From: Myxococcota bacterium
GTDB taxonomy: Bacteria; Myxococcota_A; UBA9160; PR03
NCBI GenBank assembly: GCA_041611735.1
Contig: JBFIML010000030.1
Coordinates: 1 to 53,802 of the forward strand
Length of the DNA: 53,802 bases
Reading direction: 5' to 3'
The position numbers and the translations under genes were made by a program. Below, one piece after another: positions 9,288 through 21,319 of the stretch. The notes below the pieces were generated by a model, which made no database searches, was not told where the DNA came from, and saw only the letters and a program-made list of their open reading frames with translations. Each line of letters opens with the position of its first letter. Position 1 is the stretch's first letter.

Positions 9288-10124
9288 ATGGCCACCACGC
9301 GCAAGGTTCGCCGCTCCCAGCGCCGGGAGCATCGGGCCCGGACCAACGAACGGCGCCGGACGCTGGCCGCCCAGACCCCCTACCTGGGGCTGGTGCGTGC
9401 ACCGGCCCAGGCCGCCTCGCTCCCGCGCGCACGGCGCGAGATCACCGTGGCCACCTACAACGTCCACCGCTGGACGGGCCTGAACGGGCGCCGGGAGCCG
9501 GACCCCGCCCGGGCCGGCTACGTGATCTCCGAGCTGGACGCCGACGTGATCGGGCTCCAGGAGGTGCTGCGGCCCTTCGGAGACGACCCCCTGGAGCGGC
9601 TCGCCGACGCCCTGCGCCTGCACCTCGTGTTCGTGACCACGCGGGTCCACCGCCTCGGCGAGCTCGGCAACGCGATCCTGTCGCGTTGGCCCATCGCGAG
9701 CGCGTCGCTCCTCGACCTCTCCTTCTCACGCATCGAACGCCGCAGCGCCGTGGCGGCCCAGGTGCACGCGGGCGAGGTCCCGCTGGCCGTGATGGCCACG
9801 CATCTCGCGCTGGTGGACCGCACCCGGCACCGACAGGTGCGGCACCTGCTCGAGCACCCGCACTTCGAAGCCGGGCCGGTCATCCTGCTGGGCGACATGA
9901 ACACCTGGCGCCGCTGCCGGGCGACGCGCCACCTCGAGACGGAGCTGCGCGGCCGGGGAGAGATCAGCTGGCCGGCCAGCTTCCCCGCGGCGCGCCCGGT
10001 GCTGCCCCTGGACCGCGTCTACGCGCGCAACGCCCACGTGGTGGAGGTGCGCGCCCACCGGACCGCAGCGGCGCGCCGGGCCTCGGACCACCTGCCGGTG
10101 GTGGCGCGCGTCGCGTTCGACTAG
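9288..10124 (+). CDS. Endonuclease/exonuclease/phosphatase family protein
   Basis: ATYNVH, DVIGLQEV, GNAILSR, THL, LLGDMN, LDRVY, ASDHLPV. Confidence 0.9.
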   Translation: MATTRKVRRSQRREHRARTNERRRTLAAQTPYLGLVRAPAQAASLPRARREITVATYNVHRWTGLNGRREPDPARAGYVISELDADVIGLQEVLRPFGDDPLERLADALRLHLVFVTTRVHRLGELGNAILSRWPIASASLLDLSFSRIERRSAVAAQVHAGEVPLAVMATHLALVDRTRHRQVRHLLEHPHFEAGPVILLGDMNTWRRCRATRHLETELRGRGEISWPASFPAARPVLPLDRVYARNAHVVEVRAHRTAAARRASDHLPVVARVAFD

Positions 10125-10315
10125 GAGCCTGGCTCAAGAATGAGCTGGCAAGGCGGCATGCCGCCGCGCAGCGAGGCGTAGCCGAGCGCAGGCGCGCCCG
10201 CGCTGGTTGGCGCGCGACCGAGCCCTGGCGGCGCTACGGTGCAGGGAGCGCAACGCGGGCCGCGGCGATGGATCGGCGTCCGGACGTCGCGCCCAGTCTT
10301 GGGTCAAACGCCTGG
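10121..10315. mobile_element. MITE-like non-coding element with imperfect terminal inverted repeats
   Basis: Left end CTAGGAGCCTGGCTCAAGAATGAGC versus reverse complement of the right end CCAGGCGTTTGACCCAAGACTGGGC: 17/25 identical. Lies between convergent genes and begins at a TAG stop. Confidence 0.55.
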
Positions 10316-10326
10316 CCCTGCACGCC

Positions 10327-10788
10327 TCAGCGCGGGCGCGCGACCTTGTAGATCACCGACGAGGTGGTGGTCAGGGTTCCGGAGGCTCCGCGCACCTCCG
10401 CGCGGCAGAACACCGTGGAGCGACCGCGCTTCTCGACCCAGCCCTCGCAGATGGCGTCCTCCCGGGCCACCGGCGCCAGGTACTGGAGCTGCAGGCTGAT
10501 GGTGAACAGGTCGCGGCGCTCCGGGTAGGCGCAGCCGATGGCCGGCACCACGGTGGTGTCGATCAGGGTGGCGAGCGCACCGCCGTGCACGACGCCCGCC
10601 GGCTGCTCGAGCTCGGACCGGTAGGGCAGCCGCATGCGCGCGTAGTCCGTACGCACCTCCTCGAGGCGCAGGCCCAGGAAGCTCGGGAAGATCACGCGCT
10701 CCGCGGCGGGGAAGCGCGCCCAGCGCTCGAGCCGCTCGGGGGGGAGCGGGGCGAAGCGGGCGGCATTCGGCGCGGTGGGGTCGGTCAT
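10327..10788 (-). CDS. PaaI-family hot-dog thioesterase
   Basis: FPSFLGL, QPAGVVHGGALATLIDT, TISLQLQYLAP. Confidence 0.9.
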   Translation of the reverse strand: MTDPTAPNAARFAPLPPERLERWARFPAAERVIFPSFLGLRLEEVRTDYARMRLPYRSELEQPAGVVHGGALATLIDTTVVPAIGCAYPERRDLFTISLQLQYLAPVAREDAICEGWVEKRGRSTVFCRAEVRGASGTLTTTSSVIYKVARPR

Positions 10789-10843
10789 GGGAGCGTCAGG
10801 GTAGCTGGGCCGGGCTTCCTGCCGCGATGCGTCGAGAAAGGGC

Positions 10844-11572
10844 TTGATTCTTGACGCGACGCGTCTATCCTCCCGTCCCTTGCCGTCGGCCACCGACAGA
10901 ACCCGTGGGCCCGCGGGCCGCTGCGCACGCGGGGCCCTCCTGGCCGCGCTTGCGGTCTCCTGCCCCCTGAGCCTGGCAGCGCCCGGGCTGGCCTCCGCCC
11001 CGCCCCGACCGCCGGCGGTGGCGCTTGCGCCGGCCCTCGCGGCTGCGGCGGTCGCAGAGCCGCCGCGCTCCGCCGACCGGCGCGTGCGCTCGATCGCGAG
11101 CCGCCTGGCAGGCCACCGCACCGGTCTCCGGCGCCCGGCCGTGGATCGCCTGGCGCGCACCCTGGTGCGCGAGGCGAACCGGCGCGGCTTCGAGCCGGAG
11201 CTCGTTCTCGCGGTCATGAAGGTGGAGAGCAGCTTCTACAACTACGCGATCTCCCGCGCGGGGGCCTACGGGTTGATGCAGATCCTGCCCTCCACGGGCG
11301 AGGCGCTGGCCCGGCGCCTCGGGATCGAGTGGAGCGGCGAGGAGACGCTCTTCGACCCCATCGCCAACGTGCGCCTGGGCATCGCCTACCTGGAGCAGCT
11401 CCGGAACCGCTACGGGCACCTTCCGACCGCGCTCGCCGCCTACAACTGGGGGCCGACTCGCATCGACCGCCGCCTGGATGGCGGAGATTCGCTGCCCGGG
11501 CGCTACGTGGGCAAGGTCTTCGACGCCTACGCGGAGCAGCTCCGACTCGGCCGCGAGGCACGTCTCACCTAG
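10844..11572 (+). CDS. Lytic transglycosylase, SLT domain
   Basis: LAVMKVESSF, GAYGLMQILPST, LFDP..NVRLG, ALAAYNWG. Start uncertain (10844 or 10880). Confidence 0.88.
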   Translation: MILDATRLSSRPLPSATDRTRGPAGRCARGALLAALAVSCPLSLAAPGLASAPPRPPAVALAPALAAAAVAEPPRSADRRVRSIASRLAGHRTGLRRPAVDRLARTLVREANRRGFEPELVLAVMKVESSFYNYAISRAGAYGLMQILPSTGEALARRLGIEWSGEETLFDPIANVRLGIAYLEQLRNRYGHLPTALAAYNWGPTRIDRRLDGGDSLPGRYVGKVFDAYAEQLRLGREARLT

Positions 11573-11614
11573 ACTCCCGCCGCTGCGACACCCCTCGTCG
11601 CGTGGAGACGTGCC

Positions 11615-12358
11615 ATGGAATGGATCGCCGATCCGCAGGCGTGGATCGCCCTGCTGACGCTCACGGCGCTCGAGCTCGTGCTGGGCATCGACAACATCGT
11701 GTTCATCTCGATCCTGGCCGGGAAGCTCCCGCCTGGCCAGCGCCAGCGGGCCTGGCGGATCGGCCTCGCCCTGGCCATGCTGATGCGGATCGCCCTGCTG
11801 CTCTCGATCGCCTGGATCATCCGGCTCACCGCCCCGCTCTTCACGGTGTTCGGCAACGAGTTCTCGGGTCGCGACCTGATCCTGATCGCCGGCGGTCTCT
11901 TCCTGCTGGGCAAGAGCACCCACGAGATCCACCAGAAGCTCGAGGGGCACGAGGCCAAGCTCTCCGCCCGGGAATCCGTGTCCTTCAAGAGCGTGATCCT
12001 CCAGATCATGCTGCTCGACATGGTCTTCTCCCTGGACTCCGTCATCACGGCGGTCGGCATGGTCCGGGAGGTGGCGATCATGGTGCTGGCGGTGGTCCTC
12101 GCCGTGGGCTTCATGATGGCCTTCGCGCGCCCGATCGGGGACTTCGTGCAGCGGCATCCCACGGTGAAGATGCTCGCGCTCTCCTTCCTGCTGCTGGTGG
12201 GCACCGCCCTCATCGCGGACGGCTTCGACCTGCACATCCCGCGCGGCTACATCTACTTCTCCATGGCCTTCTCGGTCTTCGTGGAGATGTTGAACCTGCG
12301 CCTGCGCAGGCGGCGCGTGGCGCCGGTCACGTTCCACGAGCCGTACGTGGGCCGCTAG
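11615..12358 (+). CDS. TerC family membrane protein
   Basis: LELVLGIDNIVFISI, GRDLIL..GGLFLL.KST.EI, DMVFSLDSVITAVG, HPTVKMLALSFL. Confidence 0.93.
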   Translation: MEWIADPQAWIALLTLTALELVLGIDNIVFISILAGKLPPGQRQRAWRIGLALAMLMRIALLLSIAWIIRLTAPLFTVFGNEFSGRDLILIAGGLFLLGKSTHEIHQKLEGHEAKLSARESVSFKSVILQIMLLDMVFSLDSVITAVGMVREVAIMVLAVVLAVGFMMAFARPIGDFVQRHPTVKMLALSFLLLVGTALIADGFDLHIPRGYIYFSMAFSVFVEMLNLRLRRRRVAPVTFHEPYVGR

Positions 12359-13581
12359 GAGAGGCCGAGCAAGCCCGGGAGACGGTCGAGGCCCGCCGGC
12401 AGCGCGGCGCGCAGGCGCGCCCCGAACGCCTGGGTGCGTTCGAAGAGCACCTCGTTGTCGAAGGTCGCAGCCAGGGCGGCGGCCAGGCGGTCCGCCCGCA
12501 GCCGTCGGCGCGACAGGGCGGGCGGCCCGAGCCCGAGCTGCTGCACCCGCCGGGCCCAGTAGAACTGATCGGCCACGTGGGGAACCACGACCTGGGGGAT
12601 GCCGGCCCGCGCCGCCGTGGTGGTCGTCCCCGCGCCGCCGTGGTGCACCACGGCGGCCAGGCGCGGGAAGAGCCGCGAGTGGGAGACGGCCCCGACCACC
12701 TGCACGTTGCCCGGCAGCGGACCGGCGCCGAGCCCCGCCCAGCCGCGGCCGATCAGCGCCCGGCACCCGAGCCGCTCCACCGCCGCGAGCACCTCCCGGG
12801 TGGTCCGGCCCGGGTCGGGATCCGTCATGCTGCCGAAGCCGAAGAAGACCGGCGGCGGCCCCGCCTCCAGGAAGTGGCGCAGCTTGGCCGGGAGCGGCGC
12901 GCCCTCGCTGGGGTGCAGGCAGGGCACCGGGTCGCAGGGCAGGCGGGCGTCGGCGGGCGGCGGGGCGAGCTCCACGTCTGCGGCGAGCAGCGGCCGCTCC
13001 GTCAGCAGGTGGCCGTACGCGTCGCGCACGGGCGGGAGACCGAGGGCGCGTCGCTGGCGGTTCAGCTCGCCCCGAAACAGCACGTCGTGCAGCGGGCGGT
13101 TGAGCCGCCAGGCCAGACGGTTCGCCCAGGCCGGGAGCGAGCCCCGCGGCACCACGAAGGGTGGGTGCTCCGCGGACGGGAGCATGATCGGACAGTACGC
13201 CACGTAGCGGTACGCCACGCCGAGGCGCTCGGCCACGGAGCGGGCGGCGAGCTGGATTCCCGCGCCCAGCACCCGGTCCGCCCCGGCCACCGCCTCGGGC
13301 AGGGCCGCGAACTGACGCGCCAGGCTCTCCCGGGCGAAGCGGGCGCCGATGCGCAGCGCGGCCACCCCGCGGCCCGTGACCACGTCGGCGTGGGCCTCCA
13401 GGAAATCACGGATGCTCACCCCCACCGCGTGGAAGGCGAGGCCGCGCTTCTCCGCCGCTCCCCGGAAGTCCGGCGGTGCGCACACCACCGGCTCGTGGCC
13501 GCGGGCCGTGAGCCACGTGCCCAGGGCGAGCAGCGGGTGGATGTCGCCCCGCGTTCCTTCGGCGGCCAGCACGATGCGCAT
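12355..13581 (-). CDS. GT-B family 1 glycosyltransferase (sterol/glycopeptide GT-like)
   Basis: GTRGDIHP, PVFFGFGSM, VVHHGGAGTT..AARAGIPQVVVPHVADQFYW. Confidence 0.9.
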   Translation of the reverse strand: MRIVLAAEGTRGDIHPLLALGTWLTARGHEPVVCAPPDFRGAAEKRGLAFHAVGVSIRDFLEAHADVVTGRGVAALRIGARFARESLARQFAALPEAVAGADRVLGAGIQLAARSVAERLGVAYRYVAYCPIMLPSAEHPPFVVPRGSLPAWANRLAWRLNRPLHDVLFRGELNRQRRALGLPPVRDAYGHLLTERPLLAADVELAPPPADARLPCDPVPCLHPSEGAPLPAKLRHFLEAGPPPVFFGFGSMTDPDPGRTTREVLAAVERLGCRALIGRGWAGLGAGPLPGNVQVVGAVSHSRLFPRLAAVVHHGGAGTTTTAARAGIPQVVVPHVADQFYWARRVQQLGLGPPALSRRRLRADRLAAALAATFDNEVLFERTQAFGARLRAALPAGLDRLPGLLGLS

Positions 13582-13644
13582 CGCCCCCCGACCATCGAGG
13601 GGACGGGGCGGGCGCTTGAGGCTCCGAGCAGCGCCCCGGGGCCC

Positions 13645-14199
13645 TCAGAGCCGGCCGGGGCGGGCGTGGGCCGCGTAGTCCTCTTCCAGGATGCGCGTCA
13701 CCCGTGCTGCGGTGGCCGCATAGTTGTGGGTGTGCTCGAAGTCGAGCTCGCTCGACATGGCGCCCTGCTGCACCAGCTCGCGACCGCGGGCGTTCGTGAA
13801 GCGCACGATCTCGAGCCACACCCGATGCTCCTCCCGCTCCGCCAGCTCGTGGAGCCACGGCCGCAGCCGCTCGCGCGCCTCCGGCTCGAGGGCCGCCAGC
13901 ATGGAGGGCCCGAGCAGCCGCTCCTCGTCTCCCGGGCGCGGGTGCGGCTCCAGGTGCCGGAGATCGCCCGCCAGGTCGTGGCACACCTCGCGGGCCACGA
14001 AGGCCTCGCTGGCGTGGAAGCCCCACTGCTCCTCGAAGTCGCGGGTACGCTGCTGGGCGATCGCCCGGGCATGCAGCCAGGCCGCTTCGCCGGTCTGCCG
14101 CGACACCTCCCGCTCGCAGCGCTCCAGGATCTCCTCCGGCCGTCCGTGCACCGCCTCGGGATGCTCGTTCAGCCACGTGAGCACTTCCCCTCGGTCCAT
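13645..14199 (-). CDS. Hypothetical protein
   Basis: Natural helical Glu/His-rich composition. ATG preceded by GGAGG-like SD. Fills the gap between neighbouring genes. Confidence 0.7.
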   Translation of the reverse strand: MDRGEVLTWLNEHPEAVHGRPEEILERCEREVSRQTGEAAWLHARAIAQQRTRDFEEQWGFHASEAFVAREVCHDLAGDLRHLEPHPRPGDEERLLGPSMLAALEPEARERLRPWLHELAEREEHRVWLEIVRFTNARGRELVQQGAMSSELDFEHTHNYAATAARVTRILEEDYAAHARPGRL

Positions 14200-14509
14200 G
14201 ACTCGACCCTCCCCCGCTTGCGGGCGACGCCGGGAGGGCGGTTGGGGAGGAGCGGGCGGGAGGTCCAGGCTACGCGGGCAACGGGTGGCAGCGGCCGGTC
14301 CGCGGCAGCAGCAGCGCCCCAGCCCGCCTCGCCGGGCGGGCCCAGCTAGCTACTTCGATTCTACCACCGCCGGGCTCGCAGGGGAACGCCGCTTCGGCCG
14401 CGCGCACGCTCCCGCACGCCCCGCGACGCGTTTCGGGGGCGCTGCCGCGCGCGCGGGCGCGGACGCCGGTGATAGGGTCGCGCCGCCGGGCCGTCCGGCG
14501 CGAGACGAG

Positions 14510-15772
14510 ATGCCGACCGTGCTGGTGGTCGACGACCGGAGCGAGGTGCGAGCGCTCGTGGCCGAGCCGCTCGAGGCGGCGGGTCTGCGGGTCTGCCTGG
14601 CCGCCGACGGCCTGGAGGGCTGGCGGTGCTTCCGCGACGCCCGGCCGGACCTCGTGATCACCGACCTGCACATGCCCCGCTGCGACGGCCTCGAGCTGCT
14701 GCGGCGCGTGCGCTCCGTCTCCGCCGTGCCGGTGGTCCTGCTGACGGCGCGCGCCGACGTGGCCACCGCCGTGGCGGGTCTCCAGGGCGGAGCCAACGAG
14801 TACCTGCTCTTTCCGGAGCAGCTCGACCGCCTGGTGGCGCGGGCGCGCGAGCTCGTCGCAGGCTGCGGGCGGCACGCCGACGCCGTGCGTGCCGCGGAGC
14901 TCTTCCCGGGACGCAGCGTCGCCAGCTGGCGCGTGCGCGAACGCCTGCACGCCCTGGCTCCCTTGCGGGTGCCGGTGCTGGTGCGTGGCGAGCCCGGGAG
15001 CGGTCGCGACACGCTGGTGCACGCCCTGCACGACCTGGCCGGCAGCGGCGCCGCTCTCGTCGTGCTGCGGCCCCAGGCGCCTTCGGCCGGGGACCCGCGC
15101 AGCGCCCGGCTCGACGCTCCGGTCTACCTGGACGAGGTGGGGCGTCATCCGCGCGAGGCCGGGCGCCGCTGGGCGGAGCGGCTGGCTGCCGCGGACGCAG
15201 GCTCGCGGGGAGGCTTCCGTCTCTACGCCTCCACCAGCCAGGACCTCGCAGCGCTGGCCCGCAGCGGCGCCTTCGATCCGGCCCTGGCCCGGCGGCTCGC
15301 GCGCTTCTCCATCGAGCTTCCCCCACTGCGCGCCCGCAAGGCCGATCTGCCGCAGATGGTGCGCGCGCTGACCCCGCGCGTCGCCGCCGCCCTCGGTCAC
15401 CCGGGCGTGCGCATGCGACCTTCCGCCGTGGCCCGCCTGCGCGCTCACGCGTGGCCCGGAAACGTGGCCGAGCTCGTGGCGGTCCTGGAGCGCGCGGTGG
15501 CCTTCGCTCGCGACGGGGCGGTGGCGGGACGCGGGATCGGGGAGGTCCTGGCCGAGTCCGTCGAGACGCTGCGGGTGCTGCGCGAGCGGCGCGGGCACTC
15601 GGAGCGGGACCGTCTGGTGGGGTTGCTGCGCGAGTGCGCCGGCAACCTGGCCGAGGTGGGACGGCGCCTGGGGCTGAGCCGCGGAGCCGTCTACTACCGC
15701 CTGCGCAAGCACGGTCTCGTGCACCCGCGGGCCTCACCGCGCCGGCCGGGAAGCAGCGCCGATCGCGGCTAG
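14510..15772 (+). CDS. NtrC-like response regulator (REC, degenerate AAA+, Fis HTH)
   Basis: VLVVDD..TDLHMP receiver, VLVRGEPGSGRD, VYLDEV, IELPPLRAR, WPGNVAEL, C-terminal LGLSRGAVYYRLRKHG. Confidence 0.85.
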   Translation: MPTVLVVDDRSEVRALVAEPLEAAGLRVCLAADGLEGWRCFRDARPDLVITDLHMPRCDGLELLRRVRSVSAVPVVLLTARADVATAVAGLQGGANEYLLFPEQLDRLVARARELVAGCGRHADAVRAAELFPGRSVASWRVRERLHALAPLRVPVLVRGEPGSGRDTLVHALHDLAGSGAALVVLRPQAPSAGDPRSARLDAPVYLDEVGRHPREAGRRWAERLAAADAGSRGGFRLYASTSQDLAALARSGAFDPALARRLARFSIELPPLRARKADLPQMVRALTPRVAAALGHPGVRMRPSAVARLRAHAWPGNVAELVAVLERAVAFARDGAVAGRGIGEVLAESVETLRVLRERRGHSERDRLVGLLRECAGNLAEVGRRLGLSRGAVYYRLRKHGLVHPRASPRRPGSSADRG

Positions 15773-15784
15773 ACTGGGCCGCCC

Positions 15785-18106
15785 ATGGGTGCGCGCCCGC
15801 GACGTTCCCGCCTCCTCCCGAGCGCCCTCGCGGGCCTCGGCTTCGTCCTCGCCGCCTGCGGCGGCGGGGACCCGGGGGTGGCGCCGGCCGCGCCGCTGCG
15901 CGAGCTCGGCCCCGCCCTGCGGCCCGAGCGCCACGCGATCGGCGACTTCGTGGTGTCCTGGGAGGGAGAGCGACCCGAGACGGGACGTCTGCGCGTGGTG
16001 GCGGCCGCCGAGCCGGAGCGCGTCCTGTGGAGCACGCCTCCGGGGCGTGCCTTCGTGGGCGCCGGCCGGGGCCGCGAGCAGGTCCGCGAGGCGTACGGGC
16101 ACTTCCGCGTTCGGGACCATCTCCTGGAGCGCTGCGGCGGCCAGCGGGTCGCGTCCCTGCGTCGCGTCGGCGCAGCGCTCGAGGTGTCGGGGACGCTGCG
16201 CTGCGCCTCGGGTCCCCTGGACTGGACGCTCTCCTTCGCGCCGCTGCCGGAGTCCGGCGCCCAGCTGCGCTTCGCGCTGCGGCTCGGACGCCCGGAGTTC
16301 GACCGGGTGGCGCTCGTGTGGTCCGCCGAGCGGGACGAGCGCTTCTACGGCTTCGGGGAGCAGTTCAGCCACCTGGACGTGACGGGCCGGCGCGTCCCGA
16401 TCCTGGTCCAGGAGCAGGGCATCGGGCGCGGCCGCCAGCCCCTCACCTTCCTGGTCGACCTGGTGGCGGGGGCCGGAGGGGACTGGGCCAGCACCTACGC
16501 CGTGGCCCCCCACTACCTGACCAGCCGGCTGCGCTCCGTGACCCTGGAGAACGGGGAGTTCGCGCGCTTCGACCTGCGGGCGCCGGGCCGGGTGGCGGTC
16601 GAGGTGTTCGCCAACGGCATGGCCGGCCGCATCCTCCACGGCCGCAGCCCCCTCGAGCTGCTGGAGACCTATACCGAGTGGGCGGGGCGCATGCGTCCGC
16701 TCCCGGACTGGATCGGACGCGGGGCCGTGGTGGGCCTCCAAGGCGGGACGGAGCGCGTGCGCGAGGCGCACCGCATCCTGCGCGCGGCGGGCGTCCCCGT
16801 GGCGGCCTTCTGGCTCCAGGACTGGGTGGGACGGCGCCAGACGTCCTTCGGCAGCCAGCTCTGGTGGAACTGGGAGCTGGACCGGGACCACTACCCCGGC
16901 TGGGAGGAGCTCGTCGCCGACCTGCGGCGGGACGGGGTCCGCGTCCTCACCTACGTCAACGTCTTCCTGGTGGACGCCATCGAGAAGCCCAACGCACGCC
17001 GCAACCTCTTCGCGGAGGCGCGCGACGCGGGGCTCCTGGTGCGTGCACCGGACGGCGCGCCGGCCCGGGTGCGCAACTCCGACTTCGATGCGGCGCTGCT
17101 CGACCTCACCCACCCGGCGGCCCGGGACTGGATCAAGGGCGTGCTCCGGGAGCAGCTGCTCGGGGTGGGCGCCTCGGGCTGGATGGCGGACTTCGGGGAG
17201 GCCCTGCCGTGGGATGCGGTGATGTCCGACGGCACGCGAGGCCCCCACTGGCACAATCGCTACCCGGAGCTCTGGGCGCGCGTCAACCGGGAGGCCATCG
17301 AGGAGGCGGGGCTCGGCGAGGAGATCGTGTTCTTCACCCGCTCCGGCTTTACCCACAGCCCGCGCTTCTCGACGCTCTTCTGGCTGGGGGACCAGCTCGT
17401 GAGCTGGGATCGCCACGACGGCCTGGCCTCGGCGCTGACGGGGCTCCTGTCCGGCGGGCTGTCGGGCTTCACGCTCAACCACAGCGACGTGGGCGGCTAC
17501 ACGACGCTGCGCACCCCGATCCTCACCATCCGCCGCAGCCGCGAGCTCTTCCAGCGCTGGGCGGAGCTCTCGGCGTTCGAGGCGGTCTTCCGCACCCACG
17601 AAGGCCTGATTCCGCAGCTGAACCACCAGTTCGACTCGGACCCCCGCACGCTGCGCCACTTCGCACGCATGGCGACCCTGTACGCGGCCCTGGCCCCCTA
17701 CCGGAGGCAGCTCGTCCGCGAGGCGGCGCGGCGGGGGCTGCCCCTGGTGCGCCCGCTGTTCCTGCACTTTCCCGACGACCCGCAGGCGTGGACGCTGCCG
17801 GCCACCCAGTTCCTGCTGGGGCCCGAGCTGCTGGTGGCGCCGGTCCTCGAGCCCGGACAGAGCGCCGTCACCGCCTATCTGCCGGCGGGCCGTTGGGTCC
17901 ACCTGTGGTCCGGCTGCCCCCACGGATCGCTCTCGGCCGGCTCCTGGGCCTCCGTGCGCGCGCCCCGGGGCGAGCCCGCCGTCTTCTGGCGCGAAGGCTC
18001 GCCGGCCGGGAGGGGTCTGCGTCGCGAGCTCGCGGAGCGGGGTCTCGCCACGCCCGAGCCCGCCGCCGCCTGCCCGAAGCCCGTGCTTCGTGGCGCGGCG
18101 GGCTGA
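15785..18106 (+). CDS. GH31 alpha-glucosidase, YihQ-like clade, predicted lipoprotein
   Basis: Lipobox LAAC, FYGFGEQFS, WLQDW, GWMADFGE (nucleophile), WLGDQ (acid/base), HSDVGGY, FRTHEG, QFLLGPELLVAPV. Confidence 0.9.
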   Translation: MGARPRRSRLLPSALAGLGFVLAACGGGDPGVAPAAPLRELGPALRPERHAIGDFVVSWEGERPETGRLRVVAAAEPERVLWSTPPGRAFVGAGRGREQVREAYGHFRVRDHLLERCGGQRVASLRRVGAALEVSGTLRCASGPLDWTLSFAPLPESGAQLRFALRLGRPEFDRVALVWSAERDERFYGFGEQFSHLDVTGRRVPILVQEQGIGRGRQPLTFLVDLVAGAGGDWASTYAVAPHYLTSRLRSVTLENGEFARFDLRAPGRVAVEVFANGMAGRILHGRSPLELLETYTEWAGRMRPLPDWIGRGAVVGLQGGTERVREAHRILRAAGVPVAAFWLQDWVGRRQTSFGSQLWWNWELDRDHYPGWEELVADLRRDGVRVLTYVNVFLVDAIEKPNARRNLFAEARDAGLLVRAPDGAPARVRNSDFDAALLDLTHPAARDWIKGVLREQLLGVGASGWMADFGEALPWDAVMSDGTRGPHWHNRYPELWARVNREAIEEAGLGEEIVFFTRSGFTHSPRFSTLFWLGDQLVSWDRHDGLASALTGLLSGGLSGFTLNHSDVGGYTTLRTPILTIRRSRELFQRWAELSAFEAVFRTHEGLIPQLNHQFDSDPRTLRHFARMATLYAALAPYRRQLVREAARRGLPLVRPLFLHFPDDPQAWTLPATQFLLGPELLVAPVLEPGQSAVTAYLPAGRWVHLWSGCPHGSLSAGSWASVRAPRGEPAVFWREGSPAGRGLRRELAERGLATPEPAAACPKPVLRGAAG

Positions 18107-18129
18107 GGGCCCGTAGAATCGGCGCCGGG

Positions 18130-20179
<2,050 letters not shown>

Positions 20180-20205
<26 letters not shown>

Positions 20206-20887
20206 TGCGGACGCTGAGCTCGAGCTCCCCGGGCTGCACCGGCACTTGGGCCATGGCCTCGGCCCGGGCGAAGTACGGGCCCGGGATCGGCCCGGGAGCC
20301 CCCGCCTCCTCCAGCCGCAGCAGCCGCCCGAGCCTCACCCCCGCCGCCTGGGCGTAGAGCTCGGCCTTGCGCTGCGCGTCGGCCACCGCCCGTTTGCGGC
20401 CCTCGTCCAGCAGGGCGGTCGGCTCGCCCACGGAGAACGCGATCCCGTGCATGCGGTTGGCGCCGGCCGTCACGAGCCGGTCCAGCACGCTGCCGATCCC
20501 CTCCAGCTCCCGCACCCGCACGCGCACCACGTTCGACGCCTGGTAGCCCACGAGGCGCGGCACGTCGCGCTGCTCCGGGTCCGGCCGGTACTGGGGAGAC
20601 ACGTCGAACTGCTCGGTCTGGATGTCCTTGCCGGCGATTCCCGCCTCGCCGAGGGCGGCCAGCACCCGCTGCATGGCCTGGCTGTTCTGCTCCACCGCCG
20701 CTGCCGCCGTCTTCGCTTCAGTGACGACGCCGGCACGGACCGTCGCCGTGTCGGGCGGCGCCGCGATCTCGCCGGCACCGGCCACGGTGATGGAGGGCGT
20801 CGATGCGAGGTCCCCCTGCGCCGCCACGCTGCGCCCGCCCCCCAGGACGATCAGGACGATGCCGATGGCCGCTCCCCACTTGCCCAT
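20180..20887 (-). CDS. SIMPL (DUF541) domain periplasmic protein
   Basis: Signal peptide, ITVAGAGEI.APPDTA, IQT..F.VSPQY, GANR..GI.F, AVADA..KAELYA. Confidence 0.9.
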
Positions 20888-20986
20888 GCTGCCTCCCTGC
20901 CCGGCTCGGCCCTCGCGGGAGCCCGCCGCCGCACGCCCGCAAGGATGCAGCTTGCCGCCGGCGGCGCCAGCGGGTAGAAGGGGCTC

Positions 20987-21319
20987 GTGGGTGGGGCTTC
21001 GATCCGCCTCGCCGCCGCCGGGCTGGCGGCGACCCTGGCCCTGGGCTGCGCGAGCTTCCAGGCGGCGCGCCTCTACGGAAGCGGCAGCCAGGCCCTGGAG
21101 CGAGGCGATCCCCGGGCGGCGATCGTCGCCCTGGAGCGGGCGGCCGAGCTGGCCCCCCACGCCTCGGAGATCCAGAACCACCTGGGCCTCGCCTATCGGG
21201 CCGACGGGCGTGAAGGGGAGGCGCGTGCCGCCTTCCGCCGCGCCCTGCACCTCGACTGCGACAACCGGGCTGCGCGCACCAACCTGCGCGCCGCGGAAGC
21301 CGCGGCGGGCGCACCGTGA
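20987..21319 (+). CDS. Small TPR lipoprotein
   Basis: Lipobox LGC; TPR pattern NHLGLAY...A..AFRRAL.LD.DN..A..NL. Confidence 0.8.
   Translation: MGGASIRLAAAGLAATLALGCASFQAARLYGSGSQALERGDPRAAIVALERAAELAPHASEIQNHLGLAYRADGREGEARAAFRRALHLDCDNRAARTNLRAAEAAAGAP

Noticed and set aside
11573-11614. yybP-ykoY riboswitch upstream of terC
   Set aside because: The intergenic gap is only 42 bp and no recognisable aptamer is present.
14626-18129. N-terminal ~1170 aa of the 1859-aa ORF, read as a giant kinase
   Set aside because: It is Arg/Gly/Ala/Pro-rich off-frame shadow of the NtrC-like and GH31 genes. Only the part from 18130 has real domains.
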